From: Gekko japonicus
Taxonomy: Eukaryota
Reading direction: 5' to 3'
DNA length: 64,000 nucleotides
NCBI RefSeq assembly: GCF_001447785.1
Contig: NW_015176456.1
Location: 1,819,763-1,883,762, forward strand
The notes under the pieces are model-generated. The model was not told the origin of the DNA. It did not search any database and worked only from the letters and a program-made list of their open reading frames with translations. Shown in pieces: positions 36,846 to 49,900 of the stretch. The stretch's first letter is position 1. The number at the start of each line of letters is the position of its first letter. The position numbers and the translations under genes were made by a program.

Positions 36846-37575
36846 CTAGGGGAAATGCCCGTTGTGGGAGGAGGCAAGGGGCCCTAGGGAGAGCTGTCGG
36901 CTTGAGGCAAGGCAGTTGGGCCCGGTCCTGCCTGGCGAGGCTGGGCCCGGTCCTGCCTGGCGAAGCAGGGCCGGGGTGCAGTGTGCAGCAGCCTCCCCCA
37001 CCCCCGAGCATGGCCGGGGCCGGCGGAGTCCCCTCCAATGCAGGGCCTGCAGCCTAGCCGGCGAAGGCCGCCCTGTGCGAGGGAAGGCCGGTGCGGCCGC
37101 CAGAAAGAGACCTTGCGCTTGGCAGGGCCACAATCTCGCCCCACTGAAGGACTTTGCCTCTCACCGGCGGAGAGGTAGAAGAGCCCCGGGTGCGGCGGCC
37201 ACCTCCCCCGTCCCTGAGGCCAGGCGGCCCCGGCGCAGGGCCCCCCCACCGAAGAAGGTGGTGGAACGAGGCGGACCGGCCAGCCGTTCGGGAATGAGCT
37301 CCTCACCCGCCGTCCCTGGCCTCTGCTGTCCCCCTCGCTGACATTCTGCTTCTCCGGGGTTGCCGCATTCTCCTGGTGCCGTCCCCTGCTCAGCCCCGTC
37401 ACCTGGCCTCGCAGCTTCCCTTCCCCGGCTCCTGGTGGCGGCGTCCGCTCGCAGCGTTCGCCTCCTGCCTCACAGCCAATGGTATGCCAGCAGCCTTGAG
37501 CGGTAGCTGGCGGGCCAATGGCTGACGGTGCACATTTTTTCTGCACTCCCTTACTCAATTATATATAAGGAGAGA
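36846..37575 (-). mobile_element. Young CpG-rich non-autonomous Helitron
   Basis: The - strand reads A|TCTCTCCTTATATATAA...imperfect hairpin...CTAG|T; inserted between A and T, no TSD. Confidence 0.75.
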
Positions 37576-38307
37576 TTAGGTGTTTGTGTCTGTTGTCCTC
37601 CAGGCACCCAGCCACTCATTTACCACTAGGCGGCAATCTGTCTCCTCCCTCTGCAAAATGAGAAGAGGCAAAACACTAGCTAGCCTACTGCATTACTAAA
37701 TAGTAATTACACTGCAACTTATCTATGTTTCACTGGGTAATACATTTGTTGTCCAGACAAGAACCACTGAAATAAAGGAAGCAGTATTACTTGGATTCCA
37801 GAGAGTACAGCATTCAACATTCACCAGAAAATTGAGAAAGTTAACAGCTCAAAATAAGAGTTTCAAAGGACATTGTGAGGCAAAGCACCCTGATTTCCTT
37901 CAAGGGTTAACATGATTATTAGAAGATCCACTCTGTCTTGCAGGTGTCCACAATTTGGGCCTTCCTGCAGATACTATCCTTGTCTTTTTCAAGTCTGGAC
38001 CCAAGAATGTTGTAATTAGTTAATCGTGAGGACCTGTGCTCAGTTGCGTAACCAGATGGGAGGAGGGAATTTGGAGCAGATGTTAACATCTTCAGGAAAG
38101 TTCCATCAAGGAAGATTCCTGATTGGATTCGAGACCAGCTGGTGCCAGAGGGTAAAAGGCTATAATAAGGGCATAGACCAGAGGGAAGCCATGCTAACTT
38201 TATGTTCATGCCATGCTAGTATGCTTTGATAACTGCAAGGTATTGAATGCTTTCATCATGGATTCTTATGCTGCTAGAAGATAAACCATCTAATACCAAG
38301 TATTCAA

Positions 38308-38440
38308 TAGATTCAGGTTGGGTAGCCATATTGGTCTGAAGCAACAGAACAAAGTTTGAGTCCAGTGGCACCTTTAAGACCAACAAAGTTAAGTTTTGGG
38401 TATAAGCTGGTCTTAAAGGTGCAACTACACTCAAACTTTA
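38308..38440. mobile_element. Penelope-like fold-back remnant
   Basis: Homologous to 7707-7824; arms gagtccagtggcacctttaagacca / tggtcttaaaggtgc; GTATTCA on both flanks. Confidence 0.65.
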
Positions 38441-38848
38441 TTGGTATTCATTGTATTAGATAAAACAGTTAGCTTCTTTATTTTCTCTGTTGCTAAGCTA
38501 TAGAGACTGTACTGCATAGTGAATTTTTTTTTTAAAATTTAAATAAACCCTTACGTATATTTTCAAGGTCTGCTTTATTTCTGTGCATTTAACCTCAAGG
38601 ATCCACAGGGCTTGGTATTGCTCAAGGGCCAAGGAACAATGACTCAGGGGGACCCAGGCTAGGGTTTCTGACATGTGGTGGGATCGAGGCCTTTGGGCAC
38701 AAGTAATCCTGTTGGCAGTGAACTCTCTAGGCTGAGTAATGTGGTTGTTATTTTGTGTAGTTAAGCATGGAGAAATCAGGGGAAAAGGTAGTAGTGGAGC
38801 TATCAGAGCCTTCACCCATTATTCATTAGCAGGAGGCTACCTTTGGTC

Positions 38849-39186
38849 GTGGTGGCTCAGAGGTTAAGATGCTGAGCTGCAGACTGGAAGGTCTGTAGCT
38901 TGGCAGTTCAAGACCCTAGTGCCACGTGACGGCGTAAGCTCCCATCTCTAGCCCCAGCTCCTGCCAACCTAGCAGTTCAAAAGCAAAAATTGGCAAGTAG
39001 ATAAATAGGTACCGCTTCAGTGGGAAGGTAGTAGCATTCTGTGCACCTCAGCATTTAGTTGTGCCGACCACATGACCATGGAAACGTCTTTGGAAAGTGC
39101 TGGCTCTTCGGCTTGGAAACAGAGATGAGCACCACCCCCTAGAGTTGGATTCGACTAGCTTTTGAGCAAGGGAAACCTTTACCTTT
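38849..39186 (+). mobile_element. Sauria SINE (Squam1)
   Basis: gctcagaggttaaga...ccagctcctgccaacctagcagttc...gtagataaataggtacc; (ACCTTT)n tail; TACCTTTGGTC at 38838-38848 and 39180-39190. Confidence 0.9.
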
Positions 39187-39270
39187 GGTCAAGATTCAGA
39201 GATGCAAATCAGTGCCAGGAAGGACAATAATGCATGGAAGATGAAGGCTCCAGTCTGCAAGTATGTGTGG

Positions 39271-40201
39271 TGTGACATGGAAGAGGAGCTTCATCTGGGA
39301 ACTGAGCTGGTGGTATACAGCACAAGCCAATTTATTGATGCTTTAAATGGGTCAGATGCTGATGAGCAAGACGAGCTGTGATGGACTGTGCTTTAAAATC
39401 TAAGTGCTGTGTAAACAGGTAATAGACTGTGGAGGGTTAATTCCTCACAGAGCCAGAGAGCCTTGAGTGCTGCTCCAAGAGATCTGATTGGTTAGCATCA
39501 GTTGAGCAGAGAAAGACATGAGAGCTGAATGCTGAGGAGAAGGCAGTCCGAATTCAGCCTTGACTGAAAAGAGTCTAGTACTGACAAATCTGAGTCTAGC
39601 CCTGACAGAGAAGGGTTTAGTGCTTACGGGGTTTGTGGTGAGCCCTGATTGAGAGCAGTTTAACACAGACAGAGTACTGGGAAGGAGAAGTGGGTAGTTT
39701 GGTGAAGACTCCCATTCAGGCCAGAAAAAGGGAAAAATCTTCTAGCGAGAGAAGAATTTCCCTACCCAGTTAGAAATAGCCTTTTAAATCCTGAGGAGTC
39801 AGTAAGTACTGGTGTGCTTAGTGAAGGAGTTTGGGTACTGGACAGAGTATCCCTGCCTTTTGGAAACCAAAAGAGCCAAATACACTCAATAAAGTATACT
39901 GAAGTGTTTGGGAAACACTGAAACAAAAGCCTCTCATCTTAAAGATTCTAAGTCACTGTGAAAAGCTTAAGAAACTCTCAATTACTTGAAACATATGAAC
40001 TGTAGTCTGTGCCTATACTGATTTACCTCAGAAATTTTACCCCTGATTTTGCCTGGTCTTTTCCCTCTACGTTAAATAAAATATTTCATGTGCTTTCTTA
40101 ACTTCTAAAAAGCCTAGAATGCCATTTCAATGGTTTAACTTAAAGGGGGATATCGACCCTTCCCTCACGATCCTGGGCTGAGCCAGTAGCAAAATGTGAC
40201 A
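39271..40201 (+). mobile_element. LTR-like element, copy 1
   Basis: TG...CA ends, AATAAA near 40075; 3' half homologous to 40580-40890. Confidence 0.55.
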
Positions 40202-40274
40202 GGATGGGACAACCATACTTCAGAAAAAAATCAAATCAAATAGAGCTGCTTGAAAGAAAAATGGAGGGAAAATC

Positions 40275-40907
40275 TGTGACAGACTGCACTTTTTAAGAGG
40301 CTTAGAAGTGTTCTACCAACAACTGAAGGAGTGTGAAGGCTTAACTTATCACAGAGCTAGAGAGCCTTGAGTGACAGGCTACACTAAGCAATCTTCTTGG
40401 TTGAGCAAAAAAAGTCTTGAGAAAGCTGGATGCTGAGAAGATAGAGTCAGATTCCTTCCTTAACTGAGAAGAGATGTGTACTGGTACTGTCTTGAGACTA
40501 GCCCTGACAAACTGCCTGTAGAGACCATAGACGTCAGTGAACAACTCAAGAAGAGTACTGGTGTTCAAAGAGAAGGGGGTTGGGTACTGGGAAGAAGGTA
40601 AAGTGTATTAGAGTGTTTGGGAAAACACTGGAACAAAAGACTCTTAATATAAAAATCTATGTAATTGTAAATAATTTAAGAACCTCTCATTAGCCTCATA
40701 TATAAGAACATTGTATTAATTTTACCTCAGTAATTACAACCCCTGATTTCCTCTGACCTTTCCCCTCAATATTAAATAAAACCTTTTGTTATTTTTGAGT
40801 TCTAAAAGCATCTCAAGTGCCATTTTCAAGGATTTAAGTTAAAGGGCGATCCTATCCCTTCCCTCAGGTTCCTGGGCTGAGGAAATAGCCAATATACATT
40901 ACTGACA
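40275..40907 (+). mobile_element. LTR-like element, copy 2
   Basis: Preceded by purine tract GGAGGGAAAA; starts TGTGACA; AATAAA near 40776; homologous to copy 1 and to 34729-34766 (inverted). Confidence 0.55.
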
Positions 40908-42418
40908 TAAGTTGGGACAGCCAAAGTTTCTTCAGGGGAGAAGAAAACATGTTACCAAGGCTGCTCAGTCAGTGGAGGGACAAATAAAAAGGGAGGTAAA
41001 ATCTAGCCTCTGATGGAGGGAAGTGGACGGTGTAAGTCACAACTGTCATCCTTTAGTTTTTTATCGTGAATTTTCTATTTCATTGGCAACAATTTTGTGC
41101 TAATGCTTTCATTATTCATGGTAGGTACTGCTCATAATATTGGCATATGCAGAAAGTTGAGATGAGGCAAGTTTTTAAATCTCTCTACCAGGCATCCATT
41201 TATTAAACATTGTGATTCTCTGTAACAGTATTCTGTAATGGATTCTCTGCTGTTGCTATACGTGGCCATTTCCTATGCCGAGTAGAGATCTTTATTTATG
41301 ACATTAGCTCTTTGAACATAATAATCCTTTTCATTTATGCAGAACATTTCAGGTGTTCAACATACTTTATATACATTATCTGAACAATTTTTACAGTTTC
41401 TCGGTGAGGTAGGTCAGTATTATCATCTACATACTGAAAATACAGTGCTGAGAGCATTTTAGTTTGCCTAATACCATATAGTAGGTTTATAAATAACGGT
41501 AATCAGCAGCTGGGGGACTTCAGTCTCATACCCATTACTCTATGTCAGCTATCAAAATGCATAAAACACAGGAATATCTGTTACATGTTAGCTCTCAAAC
41601 ACTAAGCCATGCCAGTGCATAAAGTCATATGAAGCTTAGTGAGGCGTGTCTCCTGTAAGACAGTCTGTGTATTCCTCATATTTTCTAATTTAAATTCTCT
41701 GCCAACAATTGACCTACTGTCATTTGTAATAGTAAAAGTCTCTTTCTTGTTCCTGCAAATTAGAAATTACTACAGTGGGCATGACTTACTCTTGCAGCCC
41801 ATGCCTTCCAGAGCCCTCACAGGCTTTTACCTGGAGTTCCATGCTAATTTCCTTTTCTGTTTCTACATTTCAGATATAAGGTTCTGTCTATTTCTAGGAG
41901 TACAGACTTTTTCTTTATAGGGGGAAAGTCGGTTGCAGAAGAAGTGGCCTGAGCATTTATGCGTTAAATATTTATGTTAATTAGGAAAATATGAAAACAG
42001 ATGTTTCATAAATTATTGGAGTCCCTTGGTAACCTATAACTGACAATAACTTCTATATGTGTGTGTGCACATGTGTGTCTGTATGTTTTTTCCCCTAATA
42101 GCTTATGCAAAGTAATTTCTAATTGGTTAGAATATATAAAAAAGAACTTTAAATTTGTAGATAGCTAAAATTTTACCTGATCTTTAGAAGAATTTTTCAG
42201 ATTTGTATAATAGCTCAGGTAAACCTGAGGTTTATTTGACTAAAGAGGTTAAGCCCATTGGCTGTTGTGGAAGCTGCCAACAGCTGGAAGGACTGCATGA
42301 TGGATCTGAGGGGGTACAGGGACTACCCGAGCCCTTTGCTTAATGTTCTAGGAGCATTTAGATTGTCTGTATCATAGATAAGCACAGCAGACCAAACTGC
42401 CACTGCATAGAATGCAAC

Positions 42419-42477
42419 TTAAGTTACCAACACTGTTAAATTCAAAAGTTAAGTTACCAACACTGTTAAATTCAAAA
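42419..42477. repeat. 30-bp tandem duplication
   Basis: TTAAGTTACCAACACTGTTAAATTCAAAA occurs twice. Confidence 0.9.
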
Positions 42478-45400
42478 TTGTAGGATTCTGTTAAAATTTT
42501 ATGGAAGTTAAGATCCAACCAGCAGTAGGCAGAAACAAAACACTTATTTAGGATAAAAGGACTGCTTAATTATAGCAGGGGATTAGCACTGGAGTTGATT
42601 TCAAAATTGTATTTAAGATATACGATTGATGGTCTAGCGGACACATCACAATATTAAATATGTAGAGAATACAGTATCACTGTGGGAAAATGAATTTCAG
42701 AGGGAAGGGGGAATAAGACAACCTGTTTGTGCATTGGAGAACAAATAACTATCAATGAATCTAAAAATGAAGATGTTTTGGAGAATATATAAATAAGTGT
42801 AAACCCTTTTGAAGACAATAAGTGCAGTCTTGGATCAAGATATGAACCAGAAATTGTCAAATAAAATGGTGAACTTTACTGGCTTCTTGTGTTTTTTGCT
42901 GCGGTGTTTGTTTTCCTTAGCCTTTTGTCACATGGTGTTTGTTCATGTTTCAGTACATGGTATATAATCCTGTGTTTTCACGAATCAGCCAAGGTGACTG
43001 TGAAACAATATTTTGAAAACCTTTATTTGAAACATAAATCCTTCTAATAGTAAAGTGGCTAACCCCCATTATAATGACAAATGCAGCAAAAGCTGGGCCA
43101 CCCACAGTTCAGATAGGAGTTGGAACTCCCCAGGAAAATATTACTTCTTCAGTTCACCAAAAGAGAGAGACCCCCTCCCCCAAATGACGTGATGTGGATT
43201 GAACATACTCAAGTAAGTGTAAATTAAAGGAGAAAGAGGGAGAGATAAAGATCATAGAGGAGGAGAATCTGGTGGAAAAAAGGATTTCCAAATTATTCCC
43301 ATGGTTTCTCAGGGGCCTCCAGATTGTGAAGTACTGGATTTCCATTTGGACTGTGGGAAGTTACATTTAACAGTGGTATTGTAGAGTTGAAAGGGATCAA
43401 AAAGTATCCATCAGTCCCCTCATCACAGGAAAATGCAATCCATATATCCATAATTTATGTGGCACAGTCAACAAAGTAAATATACTCAGTGGTACTGATA
43501 AGGCAGGAGTCTTGACCAGCTTCTGCAGCTATAGTTTCAGTTGGCTGACAAATGCCAAAGATTGTTAACATATGCATTGTGTTTCCTCAGCTGCACTCTT
43601 GTCCCAGTGCCATTTCGTTACTTGAGAAGCCAAACTGCACATGTTTTGTGTAGTGAGGAAGGTGCACCTGGAAGCTGATGACAGAAACAAAAATCTGTTT
43701 GCTGGCTTTCTCTTGTGAAACATCATGGTACAACTTGTACTAAATTGGAATAGGAAGTGGAGTGGAATACAGTTGGGTTGGCTAGGACTTGGAGGACCAA
43801 ATAGATCATCAGTCTTCTTCTCATTGCTAGGTATGGGATTTGAAGATTTCAGGGCCCCTCCATTTTTATAGGTTCTGGATTTTTAGAAAGCAGGGTACAG
43901 GAGAGGAATTGAGTTTCTCTAGGACAGGGGCAGGATCTACAGGTATATGGCTAGCTGATTGCTCTCCTCCAGTACTACTTACTGATTGATTGGCTGAATG
44001 AGAAGGGTTGTGGCTCTTTCAGTATTTGTTTTTCTGTAATGTCCCTGGTTGTATTCAGCTTGCTTCCTCCAGCCCTCACCTCAGCCTGGAATGTAACAGC
44101 TATAGCTATGGAGCTCTTTCCTTGCCAGTACATGCAGAATCCCTCCCCTTCCCAAATCAATGAGGTTCTCCCAGTGTCTTGCTTTATTTGGGGTTCCTGG
44201 AATGAAGCAAGATTGGGTTCACACCAGGACTGGATTTCTTATGGACATACAAATTCCTCAGCAAGTACTCAGAAGCACCATATTCCTTACTTTAGTTAAT
44301 GTAATAAGAACTGTGGAGAAAAAGGTTGGAGGAGGGAATTATGAGTTGGAGGGGGAACACTTCAAAAATAGATATGTGAAGGAATGGGAAAAATTGGAGG
44401 GAGATTTTTCCCCCCTGAAGGTTTTTTTCCCCAGGTTCCCCCCCCCCCCCATTTCCCCCCAGTGGAGTATTGGGGGAAACTCCAGGGAAATATTTTCTTC
44501 TGGAATTAGCTAAAAGTTTGGGAAGAAAACATTTAATTCATTCAAAATATGTAGCATGCAGATTTTTTTATGGTAAGAGGCTGTAGCATTGCAGAGTAAT
44601 AATGCCTGTGTCTACTGTATATACAATATATTTTCAAGTAACTATTTAGTGTTTAAATGTGACGATTTGCATCTTTAGTTAGTATATATAATGTCTATAA
44701 TGATAATATACAGTTTGAGAATTCAGTGTTTTCAGTATTAGAAAATTTAACTCAATATCCAGATATACTACTAGTCCTATTGTGACTGTATGAGACAGTT
44801 TCTGTAGTAGTTTAATAGTTTTCTATTTTGAATTTCCCCCCTACTTCTCAGATGGCAAAAACTGAGATACATATAGTAAGGTAGCATGGGTTCCAGCAGT
44901 TAGCAGTGCTCACTCTCTCATATTCATGAGTATGCTTGTAGAAAACTAAAGCATTTATATTTTTAATGTAATAATTAAGATGAATATTAAATTTGATAAG
45001 CTAATTATGTAATTTTAAAGTGTTAAAACAGTAAAATAAGTTTAGATTTGATAAGTAATTATTTCATATTTTTCAGGTTTTCCAAAATTTCTTTGTGGAT
45101 TTTTTTCCTGAGTGGGAAAAAATGTTTTCCCATAGCTCCAGAATTTCCATAGAGGAAATGTTTTAGCAAGAAGGCCTGAAGAGACAAGAGGAAAACAAGG
45201 ATTGTAGTTGTTTGTGCACTCTGGTTTCCCAGAGAAGCTGGAATAGTGCTTACCTTCTAAGCAGACTAGTGGTATAATCATATAAGATGTATGTAATTGC
45301 CCTGCAAAGCCTCCTCTTAATGTGTGCCTGAGGTTGCCTGTTAATAATCTAAGGGAAATGTACTCTTCACATGTTCAGATACATGTTGTAAGATCATGGG

Positions 45401-45564
45401 GAGGAGCCAGCTTGCAGTTTTCCAGTTATATGACCAGGCAAAGGTATTCTGCTGCAACTGTTAAGCTTTTTCCCCCCCACAGATCTGTCTTCCTGTATTG
45501 TTTTTTTGTCATAGCTAGCCATCATTGCAGCCAGATTTTTATGTTGCTTTCTTTTCTTACTTAT

Positions 45565-46915
45565 GTTTATTAGCTTCTATGACCAAAGGTCTTAAGCTCA
45601 ATTATAAAAGATGAATATACAACATTAGCCTCATAATACGAACTTTACAATAAAAGTTTACAGTTGAAGCAATCAAATCTAAAAGATCTAAAATGTTAAA
45701 ACAGAAGTCATTAATAAAACTATAATTCATTTAAATATTCATTTAAATCATAATAACTGGGTGTATACCAAATTCTGTTACAGTTGGGTCAAGCCAGATT
45801 TTTGTCACTTTACAGATAAAACTATCATTAAAAATTTAGTAACAGAATAAGTGGTTTTAGGATTAGTATCTGCCAACAGATAGGAGACCACCCAGAGTTC
45901 AGTAGGTAATCGGTGTTTGGTAAGAACTGGAGTGATCCAAATCGATCTAGGAGTCGACCACTGATGACATAATAATAGAAGATGGCCAAGTGTTTCCACA
46001 GCTCCAGTCTCACAGTTACATATTAAGCGATCTGAGCATGGGTCCTTAGAAAAGCGACCTGTTATCTCAGCATACCTCAGGGATACCTTTCCCAGCTACT
46101 TTTGTGGTTGTCCTCCTTTATCAAACATAGAAGGCCACCTTGGGTGTTTAGTGCTGAGTAAAGGACTTTGAAGTCTCCATTTGAAAGCTGCGATCCAGGC
46201 TCTAGACTCTAAGGAATACTGGGCAAATTCCACTCTAAGTGCAGTACCAGCCACACATCTAGGAACCCCAGCCATTCTATGCAAAAAATAGAGAAGTGTA
46301 TGATCGAGAGATTCAGAAACTGCATTAATCCAAATAGCAACCCTGAATAAAATCTGAGAAGTTACTTTAGCATTGAAAGCTGCTATGGCCATCGGTACAT
46401 ACTGACCCTCCCTTGAAAAGAAATATCTAAGGATACCGTTTGAGTTTGTTCTAGCAATCTCAGATGCTGCGCTAATATGAAGCTTCCAAGACAGATTGTG
46501 ACTAAACGTCATTCCCAGATATTTAAATTGGATCACCTGTTCTAATTTCTCGCCCATGACAAGCCAGGATTTCTTTCTACAATAGAAATGGTTTGAGAAA
46601 ACCATTATTTTTGATTTATTGTAGTTAATTGTTAACCCCTCTTGAGTACAATATTCTATAAATGATTTTAGAATTTTCCAGAGTCCTACTTCTGCTCTTG
46701 ACAAAAGGACTGTATCGTCTGCATAAAGAAGAATGGGAATTTCCTTGCCAGCCAGTATTGGAGCATGATGTGCTGTTTCCTTGATGTATGGGATCATATA
46801 ATTAATATAAAGATTAAAAAGGGTAGGCGCTAACACATCCTTGCTTAACACCCTTTAACAGGGGAATAGTGTTGGTAAACTGGCCCTCCAACCCTCAGAG
46901 AATTTGAGTGGTAGG
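45565..46915 (-). mobile_element. RTE-X-like LINE, 5'-truncated, with internal deletion
   Basis: LAPTLFNLYIN, LLYADDTVLLS, GLTINYNKSKIMVF, FKYLGM; C-terminal ETLGHLLLLC; AATAAA near 45566 on the - strand. Confidence 0.85.
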
Positions 46916-49900
46916 ATTGCTTTATTTTAAGGAAGGAACAATCATGCCCATGCACCTGAGGTTTACCTGTCTGGTCTTTGCTAACTAGTAGGCAAAGATA
47001 AAGGAAAAGAAATTTTGTCCCCACTCTATCAAATCCTAGTAAATCCTAGGTTTTCCTTTTGTTTAATTTTAAGGGTACAATCCTATGTGGAAATCCCATT
47101 GATGTCATTGAGACTCACTTCTTAGTAAACATATATAGAATCAAGCTGAGTCTAGTTTCCTCATTAAAAAGAAAGGTGGGAATATTTCTATTTATGTATC
47201 AGGGAGTGCATACTGTTGGCCCCATGGCAGAAAAACAATAATGAATTTTGTTTCCAACCAAAGCTCAGTGGGGGTGATCAGAGCAGGCTAGTAATGCATT
47301 CCTGATGTTACTCTCTAATTTCTCTCGAGCCTGTTTTCTTCCATGTCTTTCTGGGGTTAGTTGTAATCTATGCACAGACTTTGGAATATGGTTTGTTGAA
47401 CATTTTACTTTTGAGTCAAAAGAGCATCAGATTACACCATGGATCACTTGTGGAGGATCAGATTATACCATGTCCATCTATGAAAATGCTTTGCATTTGA
47501 AGTAATCTTCCCTCTTCTTTTCTGGAAATGTGAGCCTGACTGGCCTGTGGTCACTCAGTGGGGATTTGTAGCATTGTTCTAGACCATCACTCTAACTATT
47601 AGACTCCACTGATTCTCTAAGTGAAGTAATACACATTAAGTGAAGTTAGTGAAGTAATATGCATCATTCTGTAAAGGGGGGACCCTCATAGTACCATTAA
47701 GTGCAGACTCTAAAATTACCCATCTGCAATGAGTGTGCCAGCTGTGCAGTCCTAAGCAGTCACACCCTTCTAACTCTGTTGAAGCTGATGTGCTTCAAAC
47801 AGTGTAGGTAAATCCCACAGAATAGAAGGCAATCCACTAGGATAGTAGCTATTCCAATGCAGGACAATTTCTGCCTATTTCTGTAATGTGATCATTTGAC
47901 AGAGTATGAGAAAAACCCATACAGGGTTCAGTGCTAACTCTACCCAAAAGTAGAATGTGCATTCCTGGTATTGCAAGCTACCGGATTCTATTGGCTCACA
48001 TTGTGGATATGAATGGCAGAAATTCCTTAGAGACATAGTTATAACCAATAACATTTCACTGGATGATTCAAGCACTTGCTCTAAATAGGCTGTAGTGTAT
48101 TGTCAAACAGGTCTTGGTAATGGCAACAAGGTCGTGGTCTCATCATGAATTAAATTATGGATGATCTTTGTTTATTACTGACCTTGTTTTGAACAGCATC
48201 AGTAGGAAGTTAGCAGTGCAATTTTAAACAGAATTACACCCTTCTAAGTACATTTAATAGATGTAACTGTTTAGGACTGCAGTGTCAGTCACTCTGGTTA
48301 AAACATCCAACGAAAGGGATGATCACTTGCTTCTTGTAAACTTTTATTCATCACTCTTCCAGCTGTACTTCCCTGTTTTCTATTCCCACTTAAAATGGCT
48401 GTTCCTTATCTCCACTTTCCTACTTGTAATGTTTCTCTTGGAACCACATGCATGAGAAACTAGAGGAAAATATCCTATGTTTGGCACCCTGGAGTTAACT
48501 TTGACACAGAAGTGGCCAGGAAACAAACAGAGCTCAATTCCTCACACCCATGTCTCTACTTGTAGGTTCCTCCTGGAATGTTAATTTATACTTGCATGTC
48601 TTAAACCATCGCTGCTCTCTCTGTCGGATTTTTATTAAGTTCATAGCAAAAGATTATTGCAGTTCCTCAGTAGGTTTTCTTTATGAGTTTTGTGTAATAC
48701 CATAGCATGGTTAGGTTCTGCCAGATAGGTATCCTTTGAAGATAAAGTTAAGTGGATTCCGGTTATAAGGGGGTATGGGACCCTTTATTGAACATGCAAT
48801 TGGACATGGAACAAGGAATACCCATTTTAGTTTTCCATATGACCATGTGTTGGGTATTGAGGCCCACTAGGGGTGGGGCTGAGCCGCAGAGGGGTTGATT
48901 GCCCAGCTAGGTGGCTGTGTTGGCAACAGCAGTTGACTGTGTTGACTGTTCAGCTGGAAATCAACAACATTANNNNNNNNNNNNNNNNNNNNNNNNNNNN
49001 NNNNNNNNNNNNNNNNNNNNGGGAAAGTATGATGATGGACCTATAATTCAATTAGCTCTTCAGTTCCTGAGGAAAGGCCTGCCTTCTTGCAAGCTCCTGG
49101 AAACTGTGGAGGTACACACCTCATTAGGCTGGCATTTAAAAAACAGAGAGCTTTTCAGAGCTGAAGCCTTAAAAGGAGCAAGCATTCGGACTGCTTGAAA
49201 TGGAGTTGGATTATCAGAAGGGAGCCTGAGTGTGAAACATGACAGTTCCTTTGAATGGGCTTCTGTTAACCAGAGTTTACCTAACTTACACCAGTAAAAG
49301 TTCTGGCTTTGTTTATTCTCTTGTATCTGCATTTGATTATTATGCCTGTGTGGCAGTCACTGTTCACTGATTTATTTTTGAACGATAAGTAAAAGTAATT
49401 ATAAATATAGTATTTGCTATTGCAGTTCACCTTTTAATATTTTGAAATAGAAAAAAATCCTTCAGACTTCTGAAATAGCTTCTGGATTTTTCTAAAATTA
49501 GAATTCAGATAGCAAAAAGATCATGTTTTTAAGTTACAAGCTAATTGGGTATTCACAAAAAAAAACCCACAGTGAAATGGGCGCAGTTTCAGCTGCAGTA
49601 CGATATGTTTATGTTGGTATTTTGAAAGGGCATTTTATTGTTGTTACTACACATTTTGCATCTGTTGAACTGGAATTGGAATATTTATTGATGTCACATT
49701 GTATTTTTCAAGGTGTGTGTTAAATATCAAGCTACCAGTGTTTGTATTTGATCTAATTTTATAGCCCAATCACCATTATTTAGCTGAAGATTAAAGAGAA
49801 TTTTGTGTGTGGGGGTTCTAAAGCCTTGACATGGTTTTAATCTGATAACGAATGGCTTTAAGTTCATGTTCGTTTAGTTGCTGGCAACAAATCNNNNNNN

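Noticed and set aside
36647-37558. Overlapping GC-rich ORFs / host CpG-island promoter with a first exon
   Set aside because: The ORFs arise from stop-codon scarcity in GC-rich DNA, and the block is bounded by Helitron-like termini.
48620-49390. Solo LTR
   Set aside because: LTR-like composition, but it is interrupted by a gap, and no partner, TSD or clear end was found.
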